Positions 7,513-17,248 are shown, counted from the stretch's first letter. The stretch: DNA of 32,000 bases from Desulfobulbus propionicus DSM 2032 (GCF_000186885.1 NC_014972.1:1800001-1832000); one strand, 5' to 3'. Translations and numbers: made by a program. Notes: generated by a model not told the origin, from the letters alone.

Positions 7513-8715
7513 TTATGCGTCGCTCGCCATCAGGGAGGGGCGCTGACGGTCGGCCAGCACCTGGAGGGCGATATCGGCGGCCCGTCGCGATGCCCCCGGA
7601 CCGCCCAAGCGCTCGCGCACTTCCCGCAATCCGGCGAGCATGCTCTGGCGGGCGACATCGTTGTCGAGCATGTTGCGCAGTTCCGAGGCGATCCGGCCGG
7701 GCGTGACCGCATCTTGCAGCAATTCGGGGATGATTTCCCGCTCGCCGATCAGGTTGACCAGGGAAAAGAAGCGTAAATTACGGATGAGCAACCGGCCGAG
7801 AAAATAGGTACGGGGCGAGACCCGATAGGTGGCCACCGTGGGCACGCCGAGGAGGGCCAGTTCGAGCAGCACCGTGCCCGAGGCGGCCACCACTGCGTCG
7901 CAGGCGGCCATCATCGCGTAGCGGCCCTCGCTGATCACCCGGTAATCGTAGCGACCCAGCCAGGCGGCCAGGCCGTGTTCGTCGAGCAGCGTGCGGCCGA
8001 TGGTCGGCGCCAAGGGGATGAGGAAGGTGTAGGCCTGGGGATGGTCGCGGGCGAGTAGTTCGGCGGCGGCAAGAAAATCGGGCAACAGGGCCGCCACCTC
8101 CTTTCTGCGGCTGCCTGGCAAGAGACCAACCAGTTTCCGGGTCGGTTCGATCCGGTGCGCTGCCCGGAACTGGGCCGGACTCAGGTCAGGATGCACCGCA
8201 TCCATCAGCGGGTGGCCGACGAAATCGACCCGCACGCCGTAACGGGCGTAAAAGGACTGCTCAAAGGGCAGGATGACCGCCATCCGGTCGGTCAACCGTT
8301 TGATGGTCCGCACCCGGCCCTTGCGCCAGGCCCAGACCTGCGGGCTGATGTAGTAAAACACCGGGATGCCGAGCTTCTTGGCCGATCTCGCCAGCAGCAG
8401 GTTGAAGTCCGGATAGTCGATCAGGATCAGTAACCCGGGGCGGCGGTCGCGCATGCGCTCGATCAGGGCACGGCGGGCGGCGAGGATATCACCCAGGTGG
8501 CTGAGGACCTCGAAAGCACCCACCACCGCCAGCTTGGCGGCGTCGCACAGCAGTTCCACCCCGGCCGCGTGCAGTTCCCGGCCGCCCATGCCGCAGAAGC
8601 GCAACTCTGGCCGCTGCTCGCGCATGGCCCGCACCAGATTGGCGCCGTGCAGGTCGCCCGAGGCCTCGCCGGCCACGATCATCACCTCCTGGGTATATCC
8701 GCCGTGGATGTTCAT
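7513..8715 (-). CDS. lpxB: Lipid-A-disaccharide synthase
   Basis: VMIVAGEASGDLHGANLV, FCGMGGREL, ILIDYPDFNLLLA, YYISPQVWAWRKGRV, FVGHPLMD, LLPGSRRKE. ATG at 8715; the 8730 start in the track is TTG. Confidence 0.95.
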   Translation of the reverse strand: MNIHGGYTQEVMIVAGEASGDLHGANLVRAMREQRPELRFCGMGGRELHAAGVELLCDAAKLAVVGAFEVLSHLGDILAARRALIERMRDRRPGLLILIDYPDFNLLLARSAKKLGIPVFYYISPQVWAWRKGRVRTIKRLTDRMAVILPFEQSFYARYGVRVDFVGHPLMDAVHPDLSPAQFRAAHRIEPTRKLVGLLPGSRRKEVAALLPDFLAAAELLARDHPQAYTFLIPLAPTIGRTLLDEHGLAAWLGRYDYRVISEGRYAMMAACDAVVAASGTVLLELALLGVPTVATYRVSPRTYFLGRLLIRNLRFFSLVNLIGEREIIPELLQDAVTPGRIASELRNMLDNDVARQSMLAGLREVRERLGGPGASRRAADIALQVLADRQRPSLMASDA

Positions 8716-8726
8716 CGCCTGACCCG

Positions 8727-9731
8727 TCAATGGTGGAGGTAGGCCAGCAGGTCGGAGCGGCCCTCGTCGGCCAGGATCTGCTCGACCCGCCGACGGTTGC
8801 TCTCAATCTGCTCGACCACCTGCAGGGCCACGTCCAGGGCGCGGCGGCCCTCTTCACCGGCCACGGCCGGACGGCTACGGTCGCGCACATGCTGGACGAA
8901 ATCGCGTAACTCCAGTTCCAGGGCATCCTGGTCCTGGAAGCCCGACTTGCTGATCTCCGGCACCGGTGCCGCGCCTGTTGCGCCGGGCTTGAGCCGCACC
9001 GACATCACCTCCTTCTTGCCGAAATCCACCGACAAATACTGGCCGGGTTGGAAGATGCGCATCCGCCGCATGTTGTCCATGGAGATACGGCTGACCGTAA
9101 TGTTGGCGGTGCAGCCGTTGGCAAAGATGAGGCGGGCGTTGGCGATGTCGGTGTGCTGGGTGACCACCGGCGCACCGGCGGTGAGGATGGAAACGATCGG
9201 CGCCTTGACGATGGATAGGACGATATCGATGTCGTGAATCATCAGGTCGAGCACCACATCGACATCCGTGCCCCGCTCCTTGAACACGGCGATGCGATGC
9301 GCCTCGATGAACAGCGGATGGGTGAGCAGCGGCTGCATGGCCAGCACCGCCGGGTTGAACCGCTCCAGATGGCCGACCTGGAGAATCCGCCCGTGCTCGC
9401 GGGCCAGATGGATCAGATCGTCGGCTTCGCTCAGGGTGGTGGTGATCGGCTTTTCCATCAGCACGTCGATACCCTGCTGCAGGCAGACCTTGCCCACTTC
9501 GTGATGGAGGCTGGTCGGCACCACGATGGACACCGCATCCACCTGGGGCAACAACTCCCGGTAATCGGCAAAAGAGGCGGTGGAGCATTCCTCGGCGATT
9601 TGCCGTGCCCGCGCCGGATCGGCATCGGCCACCCCCACCAGGTCGACATCCTCCATGGCCGCGTATTTTTGGGCGTGAAAACGGCCCAGGTATCCAACTC
9701 CAATCACTCCAACCTTCATTGTCTTGCTCAT
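8727..9731 (-). CDS. Gfo/Idh/MocA-family NAD(P)-dependent sugar oxidoreductase
   Basis: MSKTMKVGVIGVGYLGRFHAQKYAAM (Rossmann GxGxxG), VMEKPITTTLSEAD (EKP motif), HLERFNP, DLMIHDIDIVL. Start taken at ATG 9731. Confidence 0.92.
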   Translation of the reverse strand: MSKTMKVGVIGVGYLGRFHAQKYAAMEDVDLVGVADADPARARQIAEECSTASFADYRELLPQVDAVSIVVPTSLHHEVGKVCLQQGIDVLMEKPITTTLSEADDLIHLAREHGRILQVGHLERFNPAVLAMQPLLTHPLFIEAHRIAVFKERGTDVDVVLDLMIHDIDIVLSIVKAPIVSILTAGAPVVTQHTDIANARLIFANGCTANITVSRISMDNMRRMRIFQPGQYLSVDFGKKEVMSVRLKPGATGAAPVPEISKSGFQDQDALELELRDFVQHVRDRSRPAVAGEEGRRALDVALQVVEQIESNRRRVEQILADEGRSDLLAYLHH

Positions 9732-9778
9732 GTCCTTCCTGTTCTGTTCCCGGCTGGACTGCAAAATGCAGCCTGCAT

Positions 9779-10486
9779 TCAAATGCCGAGATAGGCTTGT
9801 TGTATGGCAGGATTGCCGAGCAGCGCCGCTGCCCGGTCCTGCATGACGATGCGGCCATTTTCCAGGACATAGCCCCGATCCGCCACTTGCAGGGCGAGAT
9901 TGGCGTTCTGTTCCACCAGGAAAATGGTCGTGTGGTGTTCCCTGTTGATCGTGGTGATAATGGTAAAAATTTGTTTGGTCACCAGGGGCGCCAGCCCCAT
10001 GGACGGCTCGTCGAGCAGCAGCAGTCTTGGCCGGGCCATGAGTGCCCGGCTGATGGCCAGCATCTGTTGCTCGCCGCCGGAGAGGGTGCCGCCCGGCTGG
10101 TGGCGCCGCTCGGCCAAAATCGGGAAGAGGCTGTAGCACATCTCCCGGTCCGCGGCGATCGCCTTGCTGTCCCGGCGGAGGAAGGCACCCATGTCGAGGT
10201 TTTCGGCCACGCTCAGCGCGGGAAAGATGTGCCGTCCCTCGGGAACCTGACAGATGCCCAGCCGGACGATCCCGTCCGGGGCCTTGCCAGTGATCGCTTG
10301 TCCTTCAAACACGATCTCGCCCCGCCGCACCGGCACGATGCCGCTGATGGCCATCAGGGTGGTGGACTTGCCCGCGCCGTTGGCACCGATCAAGGTGACG
10401 ATCTCGCCCTGGCTGACGGTGAGGCTCACGCCGTGCAGGGCCTGGATGCTGCCGTAGAATGCGTCGACCTCACGGAGCTCAAGCAT
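9779..10486 (-). CDS. livF: Branched-chain amino-acid ABC transporter ATP-binding protein LivF
   Basis: Walker A GANGAGKSTTL, signature LSGGEQQML, Walker B LLLLDEPSMGLAP; LivF-type VEQNANLAL. Confidence 0.93.
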   Translation of the reverse strand: MLELREVDAFYGSIQALHGVSLTVSQGEIVTLIGANGAGKSTTLMAISGIVPVRRGEIVFEGQAITGKAPDGIVRLGICQVPEGRHIFPALSVAENLDMGAFLRRDSKAIAADREMCYSLFPILAERRHQPGGTLSGGEQQMLAISRALMARPRLLLLDEPSMGLAPLVTKQIFTIITTINREHHTTIFLVEQNANLALQVADRGYVLENGRIVMQDRAAALLGNPAIQQAYLGI

Positions 10487-11267
10487 GGATGCTTTCCTCG
10501 CCGAGATAGGCCCGGATCACCGCCGGGTTGTGCCGCACCTCCTCGGGCGAGCCCTCGGCGATCTTGCGGCCATAATCCAGGACAAAGATGTGGTCGGAGA
10601 GGCGCATCACCAGTTTCATGTCGTGCTCGATCAGCAAGATGGCCGTGCCATCGTCCCGAATCGAGCGAATCAGTTCGTTGAGTTCCAGTGTTTCCTGCGG
10701 GTTCATGCCGGCCGCCGGTTCGTCGAGCAACAGCAGCAGCGGCTCAGTGGCCAGGGCCCGACCGATCTCCAGCCGCCGCTGAGCCCCATAGGGCAGATGC
10801 TTGGCGAACTCGTCGGCCTGATCCGCCAGGTCGATCCGCTCCAGCAAAGCAAGGCTCATGCCAACAATGGCCTTTTCTTCGTGCCGCACCGCCGGCGGGC
10901 GGAAGATGGCCCCGAAGACCGTTGCATGGGTGCGGCAGTGGCGACCGATCATCACGTTCTCGAGCACGGTCATGTTGGGGAAAAGGCGGATGTTCTGGAA
11001 GGTGCGCGCCACTCCCTGCGCGGTGATCTGGTTGGGCTTGAGTCCATTCAACCGTTTGGGTGCTTGGCCGGGCGGAGTCAGCAGCAGTTCGCCGCCGGTG
11101 GGGGCGTAGATGCCGGTCAAGCAGTTGAACAAGGTGGTCTTGCCGGCGCCGTTGGGGCCGATCAGGGCCGCGATTTCTCCCGGATGGAGGCGGAGATCGA
11201 GATGATCCAGGGCACGGATGCCGCCGAAATCCATGGTCAGGCCGCTGACGGTGAGGAGTGGGTCCAT
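10479..11267 (-). CDS. livG: Branched-chain amino-acid ABC transporter ATP-binding protein LivG
   Basis: GPNGAGKTTLFNCLTG, VARTFQNIRLFPNMTVLENVMIG, LLLLLDEPAAGMNPQET, LIEHDMKLVM. Confidence 0.93.
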   Translation of the reverse strand: MDPLLTVSGLTMDFGGIRALDHLDLRLHPGEIAALIGPNGAGKTTLFNCLTGIYAPTGGELLLTPPGQAPKRLNGLKPNQITAQGVARTFQNIRLFPNMTVLENVMIGRHCRTHATVFGAIFRPPAVRHEEKAIVGMSLALLERIDLADQADEFAKHLPYGAQRRLEIGRALATEPLLLLLDEPAAGMNPQETLELNELIRSIRDDGTAILLIEHDMKLVMRLSDHIFVLDYGRKIAEGSPEEVRHNPAVIRAYLGEESIHA

Positions 11268-11291
11268 GGGCTGTGTCAAAAGTGCAACAAA

Positions 11292-12503
11292 TTATCGGTT
11301 GACTGTGTAGCTTCGGCGCACCGTGGCCACGATGCCCTGGGGCCGGAAGACCATCATCACCACCAGAACGGCGCCGAAGGCAAGCATGCGGTAGTCGGCC
11401 ACGGCACGCAGGTATTCGGGCAGGAGGATCAGCACCAGGGCGCCGACAATCACCCCGACGATCGAACCCATGCCGCCCAAGACCACGATGCAGAGGATGA
11501 TCGCCGACTCGAGAAAGGTGAAGCTGGCCGGGTTGACAAAGGTGGTCTTGGCAGCGAAAAAGACCCCGGCCATGCCCGCCCAGGTGGCCCCGAGGGCAAA
11601 GGCGGTCAACTTGGTCCGGGTCTTGTCGATGCCCATGGCCTGGCAGGCGATGTCATCCTCGCGCAGGGCGTACCAGGCCCGGCCGATGCGCGAGTTTTGC
11701 AGCCGATTGATCATGAAGATGGTGAACAGCACCATGAGGATCATTAGATAATACAAATAGATGATCGAGGCCTCCAGCGACAGCTCAATGCCGAACAGGC
11801 CAGGGCGGGGGATGTTGGCGATGCCGCTTGGGCCTTGGGAGAATTCGGTCCAGTTCTCCAGCACCAGGCGGATGATCTCGCCGAAACCGAGGGTGACGAT
11901 GGCCAGATAGTCGCCGCGCAACCGCAGCACCGGAAAGCCGAGCAGGATGCCGAACAGTGCGCCCAGCAGGCCGCCGATGGGCAGCACGGTCCAGAAGCCG
12001 AGGCCGAAATGGAGGTGGAGCAAGGCGTAGCTGTAGGCGCCGACCGCATAGAAGGCCACGTAGCCGAGGTCGAGCAGTCCGGCCACGCCGACCACGATGT
12101 TCAAACCCAGCCCCAGCACCACGTACATCAGGGCCGTGCTCATGATGTTGACCTGATAGGTGGAGAAGAGGGTGGGGAAGGCGAGGAAAAAGAGGGCGCC
12201 GATACCGAGCAGCGGAAGGGTGACGGCGCGTTGCGCCAGCAGACGCGGCAGCAGGGGAGGGGTCTCCTGCGCCAGGCCCAGGCGGATGCGTTCCCGACGG
12301 GCGGCGCGAAAGGCGAGAAGCAGGCGGGAAGCCACGAAGAGGCCAAAGCTCACCCCGCCGACCCAGGCCAGATTGGACCAGCGCCAGAGGATGCTCTTTT
12401 CCACCGGATTGACCTTGATCACCAGCAGGGGAAAGGTGAGAAACATGAACCACAGGGCTGTGAGCAGGGCCTGGCGGAAATCCTTGACAGTCAGCATGGG
12501 CAT
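11292..12503 (-). CDS. livM: Branched-chain amino-acid ABC transporter permease LivM
   Basis: Multi-TM; LNIVVGVAGLLDLGYVAFYAVGAYSYA, LRLRGDYLAIVTLGFGEI, VVLGGMGSIVGVIVGA. Confidence 0.92.
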   Translation of the reverse strand: MPMLTVKDFRQALLTALWFMFLTFPLLVIKVNPVEKSILWRWSNLAWVGGVSFGLFVASRLLLAFRAARRERIRLGLAQETPPLLPRLLAQRAVTLPLLGIGALFFLAFPTLFSTYQVNIMSTALMYVVLGLGLNIVVGVAGLLDLGYVAFYAVGAYSYALLHLHFGLGFWTVLPIGGLLGALFGILLGFPVLRLRGDYLAIVTLGFGEIIRLVLENWTEFSQGPSGIANIPRPGLFGIELSLEASIIYLYYLMILMVLFTIFMINRLQNSRIGRAWYALREDDIACQAMGIDKTRTKLTAFALGATWAGMAGVFFAAKTTFVNPASFTFLESAIILCIVVLGGMGSIVGVIVGALVLILLPEYLRAVADYRMLAFGAVLVVMMVFRPQGIVATVRRSYTVNR

Positions 12504-12510
12504 CGAACGG

Positions 12511-13413
12511 TTAGACTTTTTCCACTGCCGCCTTGCCGAGCAGTCCGGCAGGACGGAAGATCAGGATCAGCACCAGCAGGGAGAAGGCGAATACGTCCTC
12601 ATAGTCGCTGCTCACATAACCGGTGGCAAAGGCCTCGGTCAGGCCGAGGACAAAACTGCCCAGCACGGCACCGGGAATGGAGCCGATGCCACCGAGCACT
12701 GCGGCGGTAAAGGCCTTGATGCCGGCGAGGAAGCCGATAGAGAAGTTGATCTGGCCGATGTGCGAGGCAATGAGCAGACCACCGATGGCGGCCAGGGCCG
12801 AACCGAGGACAAAGGTGATCGAGATGATCCGGTCGACATTGATCCCGACCAGCAGCGCCATGGTGCGGTCTTGGGCCGTGGCGCGCATGGCCTTGCCGGT
12901 GCGGGTGCACTTGATCAGCACGGTCAGGAACAGCATGACCACGGCCGAGACCACCAGGATGGCCAGGTCGGTGGAGCCGATGATGGCGGCATAGGGCTCG
13001 AGCAAGGCAAAATCCGGAATCAGGGCCGGAAAGGGCAGGAAGTCCGAGGTCTGGGCCAGGAGGACATAATTCTGCAGGAAAATCGACATGCCGATGGCCG
13101 AGATCAAGGGCGACAAACGGGGGGCGTTGCGCAAGGGCCGGTAGGCCAGCCGCTCCACGGTGTAGCCGTAGGCCCCGGCCCAGACCACGGCCGCCAGCGC
13201 GGTCAGAACAAGGATGGCCGGCAGCGGCAGGCCGAGGATCGAGAAGACGGTCGAGGCGATCAGGGCGGTGAAGGCGCCGATCATGTAGATCTCGCCATGG
13301 GCGAAGTTGATCAGGCCGATGATGCCGTAGACCATGGTGTACCCCAGGGCGATCAGGGCGTAGATGGAACCCCGGGTCAGACCACTGAACAGCAGTTCGA
13401 TGAAGTAGTCCAT
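12511..13413 (-). CDS. livH: Branched-chain amino-acid ABC transporter permease LivH
   Basis: LTRGSIYALIALGYTMVYGIIGLINFAHGEIYMIGAF, FLAGIKAFTAAVLGGIGSIPGAVLG. Start taken at ATG 13413. Confidence 0.92.
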   Translation of the reverse strand: MDYFIELLFSGLTRGSIYALIALGYTMVYGIIGLINFAHGEIYMIGAFTALIASTVFSILGLPLPAILVLTALAAVVWAGAYGYTVERLAYRPLRNAPRLSPLISAIGMSIFLQNYVLLAQTSDFLPFPALIPDFALLEPYAAIIGSTDLAILVVSAVVMLFLTVLIKCTRTGKAMRATAQDRTMALLVGINVDRIISITFVLGSALAAIGGLLIASHIGQINFSIGFLAGIKAFTAAVLGGIGSIPGAVLGSFVLGLTEAFATGYVSSDYEDVFAFSLLVLILIFRPAGLLGKAAVEKV

Positions 13414-13535
13414 GGAAATCCTCTTGCAAACGGGTCGGGCTTGAAGGGCGCGGCAACCCCAGCGGGCGCACAAAACATCAATGCCTGGGACCGCAGCGGC
13501 GATTCCAGGCATTGGCAGGTTGGCATGGGCGAGCG

Positions 13536-14660
13536 TTACTGGACTTGCACGTATTGGCCGTCCTTGACTTGATAGATGGAAAAGCCGATGCCGATCGGTT
13601 CGCCCTTGGCGTCGAACTTGATATGGCCAAACGGGGTGGCCACCTCCTCGCTGCGCAGCGCCTGGGCCACGGCCTCGGGATCGGTGGAGCCGGCCTTGGC
13701 CAGGGCATGGGTCAGGGCCAGGGTGGCGGCGATGGCGTTGTCGAAAAAGGCGCCGGGATCGGTACCCTCGGCCTGTTTGAATTTGGCGCGATACTCCTTG
13801 GTGATCGGATTCTGGGAGACGTCGGCCGGTCCGGTGGCGTAGACGCCCTCGGCATCCTTGCCCGCGACCTTGATGAAGGTGTCGTCCTTGACGCCGTCGT
13901 CGGAGACAAAGGGGATGGTCATCCGCTTCTGCCGCATCTGACCGACGACCTTGGAGGCCTCCGGATGGTAGCCGCCGAAGATGACCGCCTCCGCACCGGA
14001 GCGCTTGATCTTCTGCACCACCGCCGAATAGTCGACCGCGCCGGGCGTGACCCCTTCAAAGAGCACCACCTCGCCCTTGCCGCCGCTCTGCTCGATGAAG
14101 GTTTTGGCGTACTCGGCCAGCCCCTTGCCGTAGTCACCTTTATCGTGGATCACGGCAATTTTCTTCACTTTGAGGGTGCCTAGGGCGAAATCCACCTGGG
14201 AACGGGCCTGGGCGTCGTCACTGGCGATGGTGCGGTAGAAGTTGGGGTACTCGCCGCTCTGGGTGAGTCCGGGGGTGGTGGCCGAGGGAGAGATGACCGG
14301 CACCTTGGCGGCGCGGTAGATGGGCAGGGCGGCTTTGGTCGGACCGGAGCAGATATGGCCGATCACCGCCTTGGCGCCGTTGGAGATCAGTTTCGTGGCG
14401 GTGTTGGTGGCGATTTCCGGCTTGCACATGTCATCCTCGATCAGCAATTCCACCGGCGCGCCGTTGATGCCGCCTTTGGCGTTAATCTCTTTGACAACAA
14501 GTTGGGCAGCCTTTAAAGTCGGCAGGCCGTAGGAGGCCAGGTCGCCGCTGTGGGCGCCGGCCACGCCGATCTTGACCGCTTCGGCGGCCAGGGCATTGAC
14601 GCTCAGGCCAATGGCCAGGATACTAGCAGCAAACAGGGTGAAGGGTGGGACACAACGCAT
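13536..14660 (-). CDS. livK: Branched-chain amino-acid ABC transporter periplasmic substrate-binding protein (LivJ/LivK type)
   Basis: Signal peptide MRCVPPFTLFAASILAIGLSVNALA then EAVKIGVAGAHSGDLASYG...; periplasmic binding fold, next to livHMGF. Confidence 0.92.
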   Translation of the reverse strand: MRCVPPFTLFAASILAIGLSVNALAAEAVKIGVAGAHSGDLASYGLPTLKAAQLVVKEINAKGGINGAPVELLIEDDMCKPEIATNTATKLISNGAKAVIGHICSGPTKAALPIYRAAKVPVISPSATTPGLTQSGEYPNFYRTIASDDAQARSQVDFALGTLKVKKIAVIHDKGDYGKGLAEYAKTFIEQSGGKGEVVLFEGVTPGAVDYSAVVQKIKRSGAEAVIFGGYHPEASKVVGQMRQKRMTIPFVSDDGVKDDTFIKVAGKDAEGVYATGPADVSQNPITKEYRAKFKQAEGTDPGAFFDNAIAATLALTHALAKAGSTDPEAVAQALRSEEVATPFGHIKFDAKGEPIGIGFSIYQVKDGQYVQVQ

Positions 14661-14891
14661 TGTGGAGACACCTCCCGGTCGGGTCAGGTTGCAAACGATC
14701 TTGTCTTTTTCGAGTGTGCCCATTTTTTACCCCATTGAGATAATTTTGCACTAAAAATGACCGGATGGCAGGTCTGGCGGACCGGCGCGCACCCTGCGGG
14801 AGGTTTGCCGCTTCGGTGCCACGGTGAAGGAGCCGTGGACCGCTTCCCCTATCTCCATCGTGGTCCGTCGACGGGAGCTGTTGTGCACGAC

Positions 14892-15968
14892 ATGAAGCAA
14901 TCAACCGCGTTTTATTTTGCCTTGGGCCGGCCATTGAGCCCGATCTACAGCCTGGCCATGCGCCTGCGCGAGACCCTCTACCGTCGGGGCGTGCTCCGCT
15001 CTTACCGGCTGGCCGCACCGGTGGTCAGCGTCGGTAACCTGACCTTGGGCGGCAGCGGCAAGACGCCGATGGTTCAGTACCTGGCCCGGCTGCTGCAAGA
15101 CAACGGCTTCCACCCGGCGATCATCAGCCGCGGCTACGGCGGACGGGCGAAAGGCGCCATCAACGTGGTGTCCGACGACAAGAGTCTGCTGCTCGATGCC
15201 GAGCAGGCCGGCGACGAACCGCGTTTTTTGGCCGAAACCCTGCCGGGCGTACCGGTGCTGACCGGTATTGTCCGCCGGCTGCCGGCCCAGCGTGCCGTGG
15301 AGATGGGAGCCGATGTCCTGTTGCTGGACGACGGTTTTCAGCATCTGCAAATCAAGCGCGATGTCAACCTGGTGCTGTTCAACACCGACCGGCTGGCCGG
15401 CAACTCGCGGGTCTTCCCCGGCGGCGACCTGCGTGAACCAGTGGCCGCGCTCAAACGGGCCACCGGTTTTGTCATGACCGGCGTCCATGCCGGTAACCGG
15501 GAACGGGCCGACCGGTTCGCCGACCTGCTGCGCCATCGCTTTCCCGGTATTCCGGTCGTCCAAGCCGGGTATGGGGTGGAAGGGCCGGTGCGGCTCGCCG
15601 CCTCGGGCATTCTTGAACCGGCAGCCGCCGACATTCTGGTCCAGCACCCTTTATTTGCCTTTTGTGGCATCGCCCACCCCGAATCCTTCCGCCAGACGCT
15701 CATCGCACAGGGGGCGGTGCTGGCCGGTTTTCATCCCCTGGACGACCACCAGCGCTATTCGTCGGCCGTGATCGAGCGGCTGGCCAATCGCGCCCGTCAA
15801 TCCGGCGCCCAGAACCTGATCACCACCGAAAAGGATCTGGTCAAGCTGGCTCCCCATGTCGAGGCCCTGTCCCTGCCTGTGTTCGGGTTGCGGATGCGGG
15901 TGGAGGCAGAGGAGCCGTTAGCGCGGAACATCCTTTCGGCGGTCCGTTCCTGGAGCGGCCACGATTGA
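14892..15968 (+). CDS. lpxK: Tetraacyldisaccharide 4'-kinase
   Basis: VVSVGNLTLGGSGKTPMVQYLARLL, DDKSLLLDAEQAGDEP, LLLDDGFQHLQIKRDVNLVLFN, TTEKDLVKL. Start chosen at MKQSTAFYFALGRPLSPIY rather than 14757. Confidence 0.92.
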   Translation: MKQSTAFYFALGRPLSPIYSLAMRLRETLYRRGVLRSYRLAAPVVSVGNLTLGGSGKTPMVQYLARLLQDNGFHPAIISRGYGGRAKGAINVVSDDKSLLLDAEQAGDEPRFLAETLPGVPVLTGIVRRLPAQRAVEMGADVLLLDDGFQHLQIKRDVNLVLFNTDRLAGNSRVFPGGDLREPVAALKRATGFVMTGVHAGNRERADRFADLLRHRFPGIPVVQAGYGVEGPVRLAASGILEPAAADILVQHPLFAFCGIAHPESFRQTLIAQGAVLAGFHPLDDHQRYSSAVIERLANRARQSGAQNLITTEKDLVKLAPHVEALSLPVFGLRMRVEAEEPLARNILSAVRSWSGHD

Positions 15969-15990
15969 TCCCTCTTGCCAACTGTGTAAA

Positions 15991-16034
15991 AAAAACAACA
16001 TTCGCCCGGAGTTGTCCGGAATGTGTTTTTTTTG
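15991..16034. terminator. Strong, potentially bidirectional intrinsic terminator after lpxK
   Basis: A-tract then ACATTC-gcc-CGGA ... TCCGGAATGT followed by a run of T (AAAAAAACAACATTCGCCCGGAGTTGTCCGGAATGTGTTTTTTTT). Confidence 0.75.
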
Positions 16035-16224
16035 CCACATCTGTGTCGAGGCCCCTGGGCCATCAATCTGCTACTTCTGCGGTCTATTTTTTTGATTTGG
16101 TATAATTTTTTGAATTTTGTACCACCATGTAATATTTGTCGACCAGTTGGATCGCAATTTGCATAGTTTATAGATATATAGACAATATTGCCCTCTTCTT
16201 TCACAGAGTTTACAGTAGGTCACC

Positions 16225-17220
16225 ATGGCATCTCACATAGAGCCGCATCAATATACAGTAAAACGAACCGTCAGTTGCTGCGGTGTTGGACTGCACACCG
16301 GACGCACCGTCAACCTGACCATCAGTCCCGCGCCGGCGAACAGCGGCATCCAGTTCGTCCGTTCCGATCTGGCCGGCCGACCCACCATTCCAGCCCGGGT
16401 TGAACGGGTGGTGGATACCACCTTGGCCACCACCATCGGCGACGGACGCAATAAGATTTCCACCACCGAGCACCTGATGGCCGCCCTGCGCGGCTGCGGC
16501 ATCGACAATGCGGTGATCGACCTCGATTCCCACGAGGTGCCGATCATGGATGGCAGCGCCGGACCCTTTACCCGCTTGCTCAAGACCGCCGGTTTGCATC
16601 GCCAGCAGGCCCTGCGCAAAATGCTACGCATCACCCGGCCGCTCAGCTATGTCGACGGCAACAAATCGATCCGTATCGAACCCTATGACGGGTTCAAGGT
16701 ATCGGGACGCATTCAGTTCGACGACGCCCTGATCAGCGAGCAGCGCTACTCGGTGGAGGTCAACCCCGAGCGGTTCACCAAGGAGATCGCCTCGGCCCGC
16801 ACCTTTGGCTTTGTCGAGCAGGTGGAACAATTGTGGCAAAATGGACTCGCCCTTGGCGGCACCCTGGACAACGTCATCGCCATTCACTGGAACCGGCGTT
16901 CGATTCTGAACGAAGATGGTCTGCGGTTCGACGACGAATTCATCCGCCACAAGGTGTTGGACGTGATCGGCGACATCGCCCTGCTCGGTTCGCCGGTGCT
17001 TGGCCATGTGATTGCTGATCGGTCCGGACACAGTCTGCATTTGGGACTGATGCGCACCATCATCGACAACCCCCACAGTTGGGAGTATGTCACCTTCCAG
17101 AAACGAGGCGAGTCCCTGTTGCGCCAGGTAGTGCAGTCCACCCAGAATTCTGGGCACCGGTTCGCCCCTTTCTTTGCCCCGGTCAACGAGTCGTTGCCTC
17201 AGCAGGCCTGCGCGATGTAA
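16225..17220 (+). CDS. lpxC: UDP-3-O-acyl-N-acetylglucosamine deacetylase
   Basis: TVKRTVSCCGVGLHTGRTV, TTEHLMAALRGCGIDNAVIDLDSHEVPIMDGSA, DEFIRHKVLDVIGDIALLG, HSLHLGLMRTI (zinc-binding and catalytic motifs). Confidence 0.96.
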   Translation: MASHIEPHQYTVKRTVSCCGVGLHTGRTVNLTISPAPANSGIQFVRSDLAGRPTIPARVERVVDTTLATTIGDGRNKISTTEHLMAALRGCGIDNAVIDLDSHEVPIMDGSAGPFTRLLKTAGLHRQQALRKMLRITRPLSYVDGNKSIRIEPYDGFKVSGRIQFDDALISEQRYSVEVNPERFTKEIASARTFGFVEQVEQLWQNGLALGGTLDNVIAIHWNRRSILNEDGLRFDDEFIRHKVLDVIGDIALLGSPVLGHVIADRSGHSLHLGLMRTIIDNPHSWEYVTFQKRGESLLRQVVQSTQNSGHRFAPFFAPVNESLPQQACAM

Positions 17221-17248
17221 GCGTTCCCCTGTTTCTGTCGTACGCACA

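Noticed and set aside
8727-10139. 470-aa version of the Gfo/Idh ORF
   Set aside because: The upstream ~135 codons overlap livF out of frame; the Rossmann-fold N-terminus clearly begins at MSKTMKVGVIG (9731).
9605-13572. Long plus-strand ORFs (9605..10681, 10485..11747, 12160..13572)
   Set aside because: Lie antisense to the well-supported liv genes and are low-complexity His/Gln/Asp-rich; typical high-GC shadow ORFs.
14757-14891. Upstream extension of lpxK
   Set aside because: MTGWQVWRTGAHPAGG... does not resemble an LpxK N-terminus; the ATG at 14892 gives the expected FYFALGRPLSPIYSLAM start. I could not assign the 135 bp to anything else.
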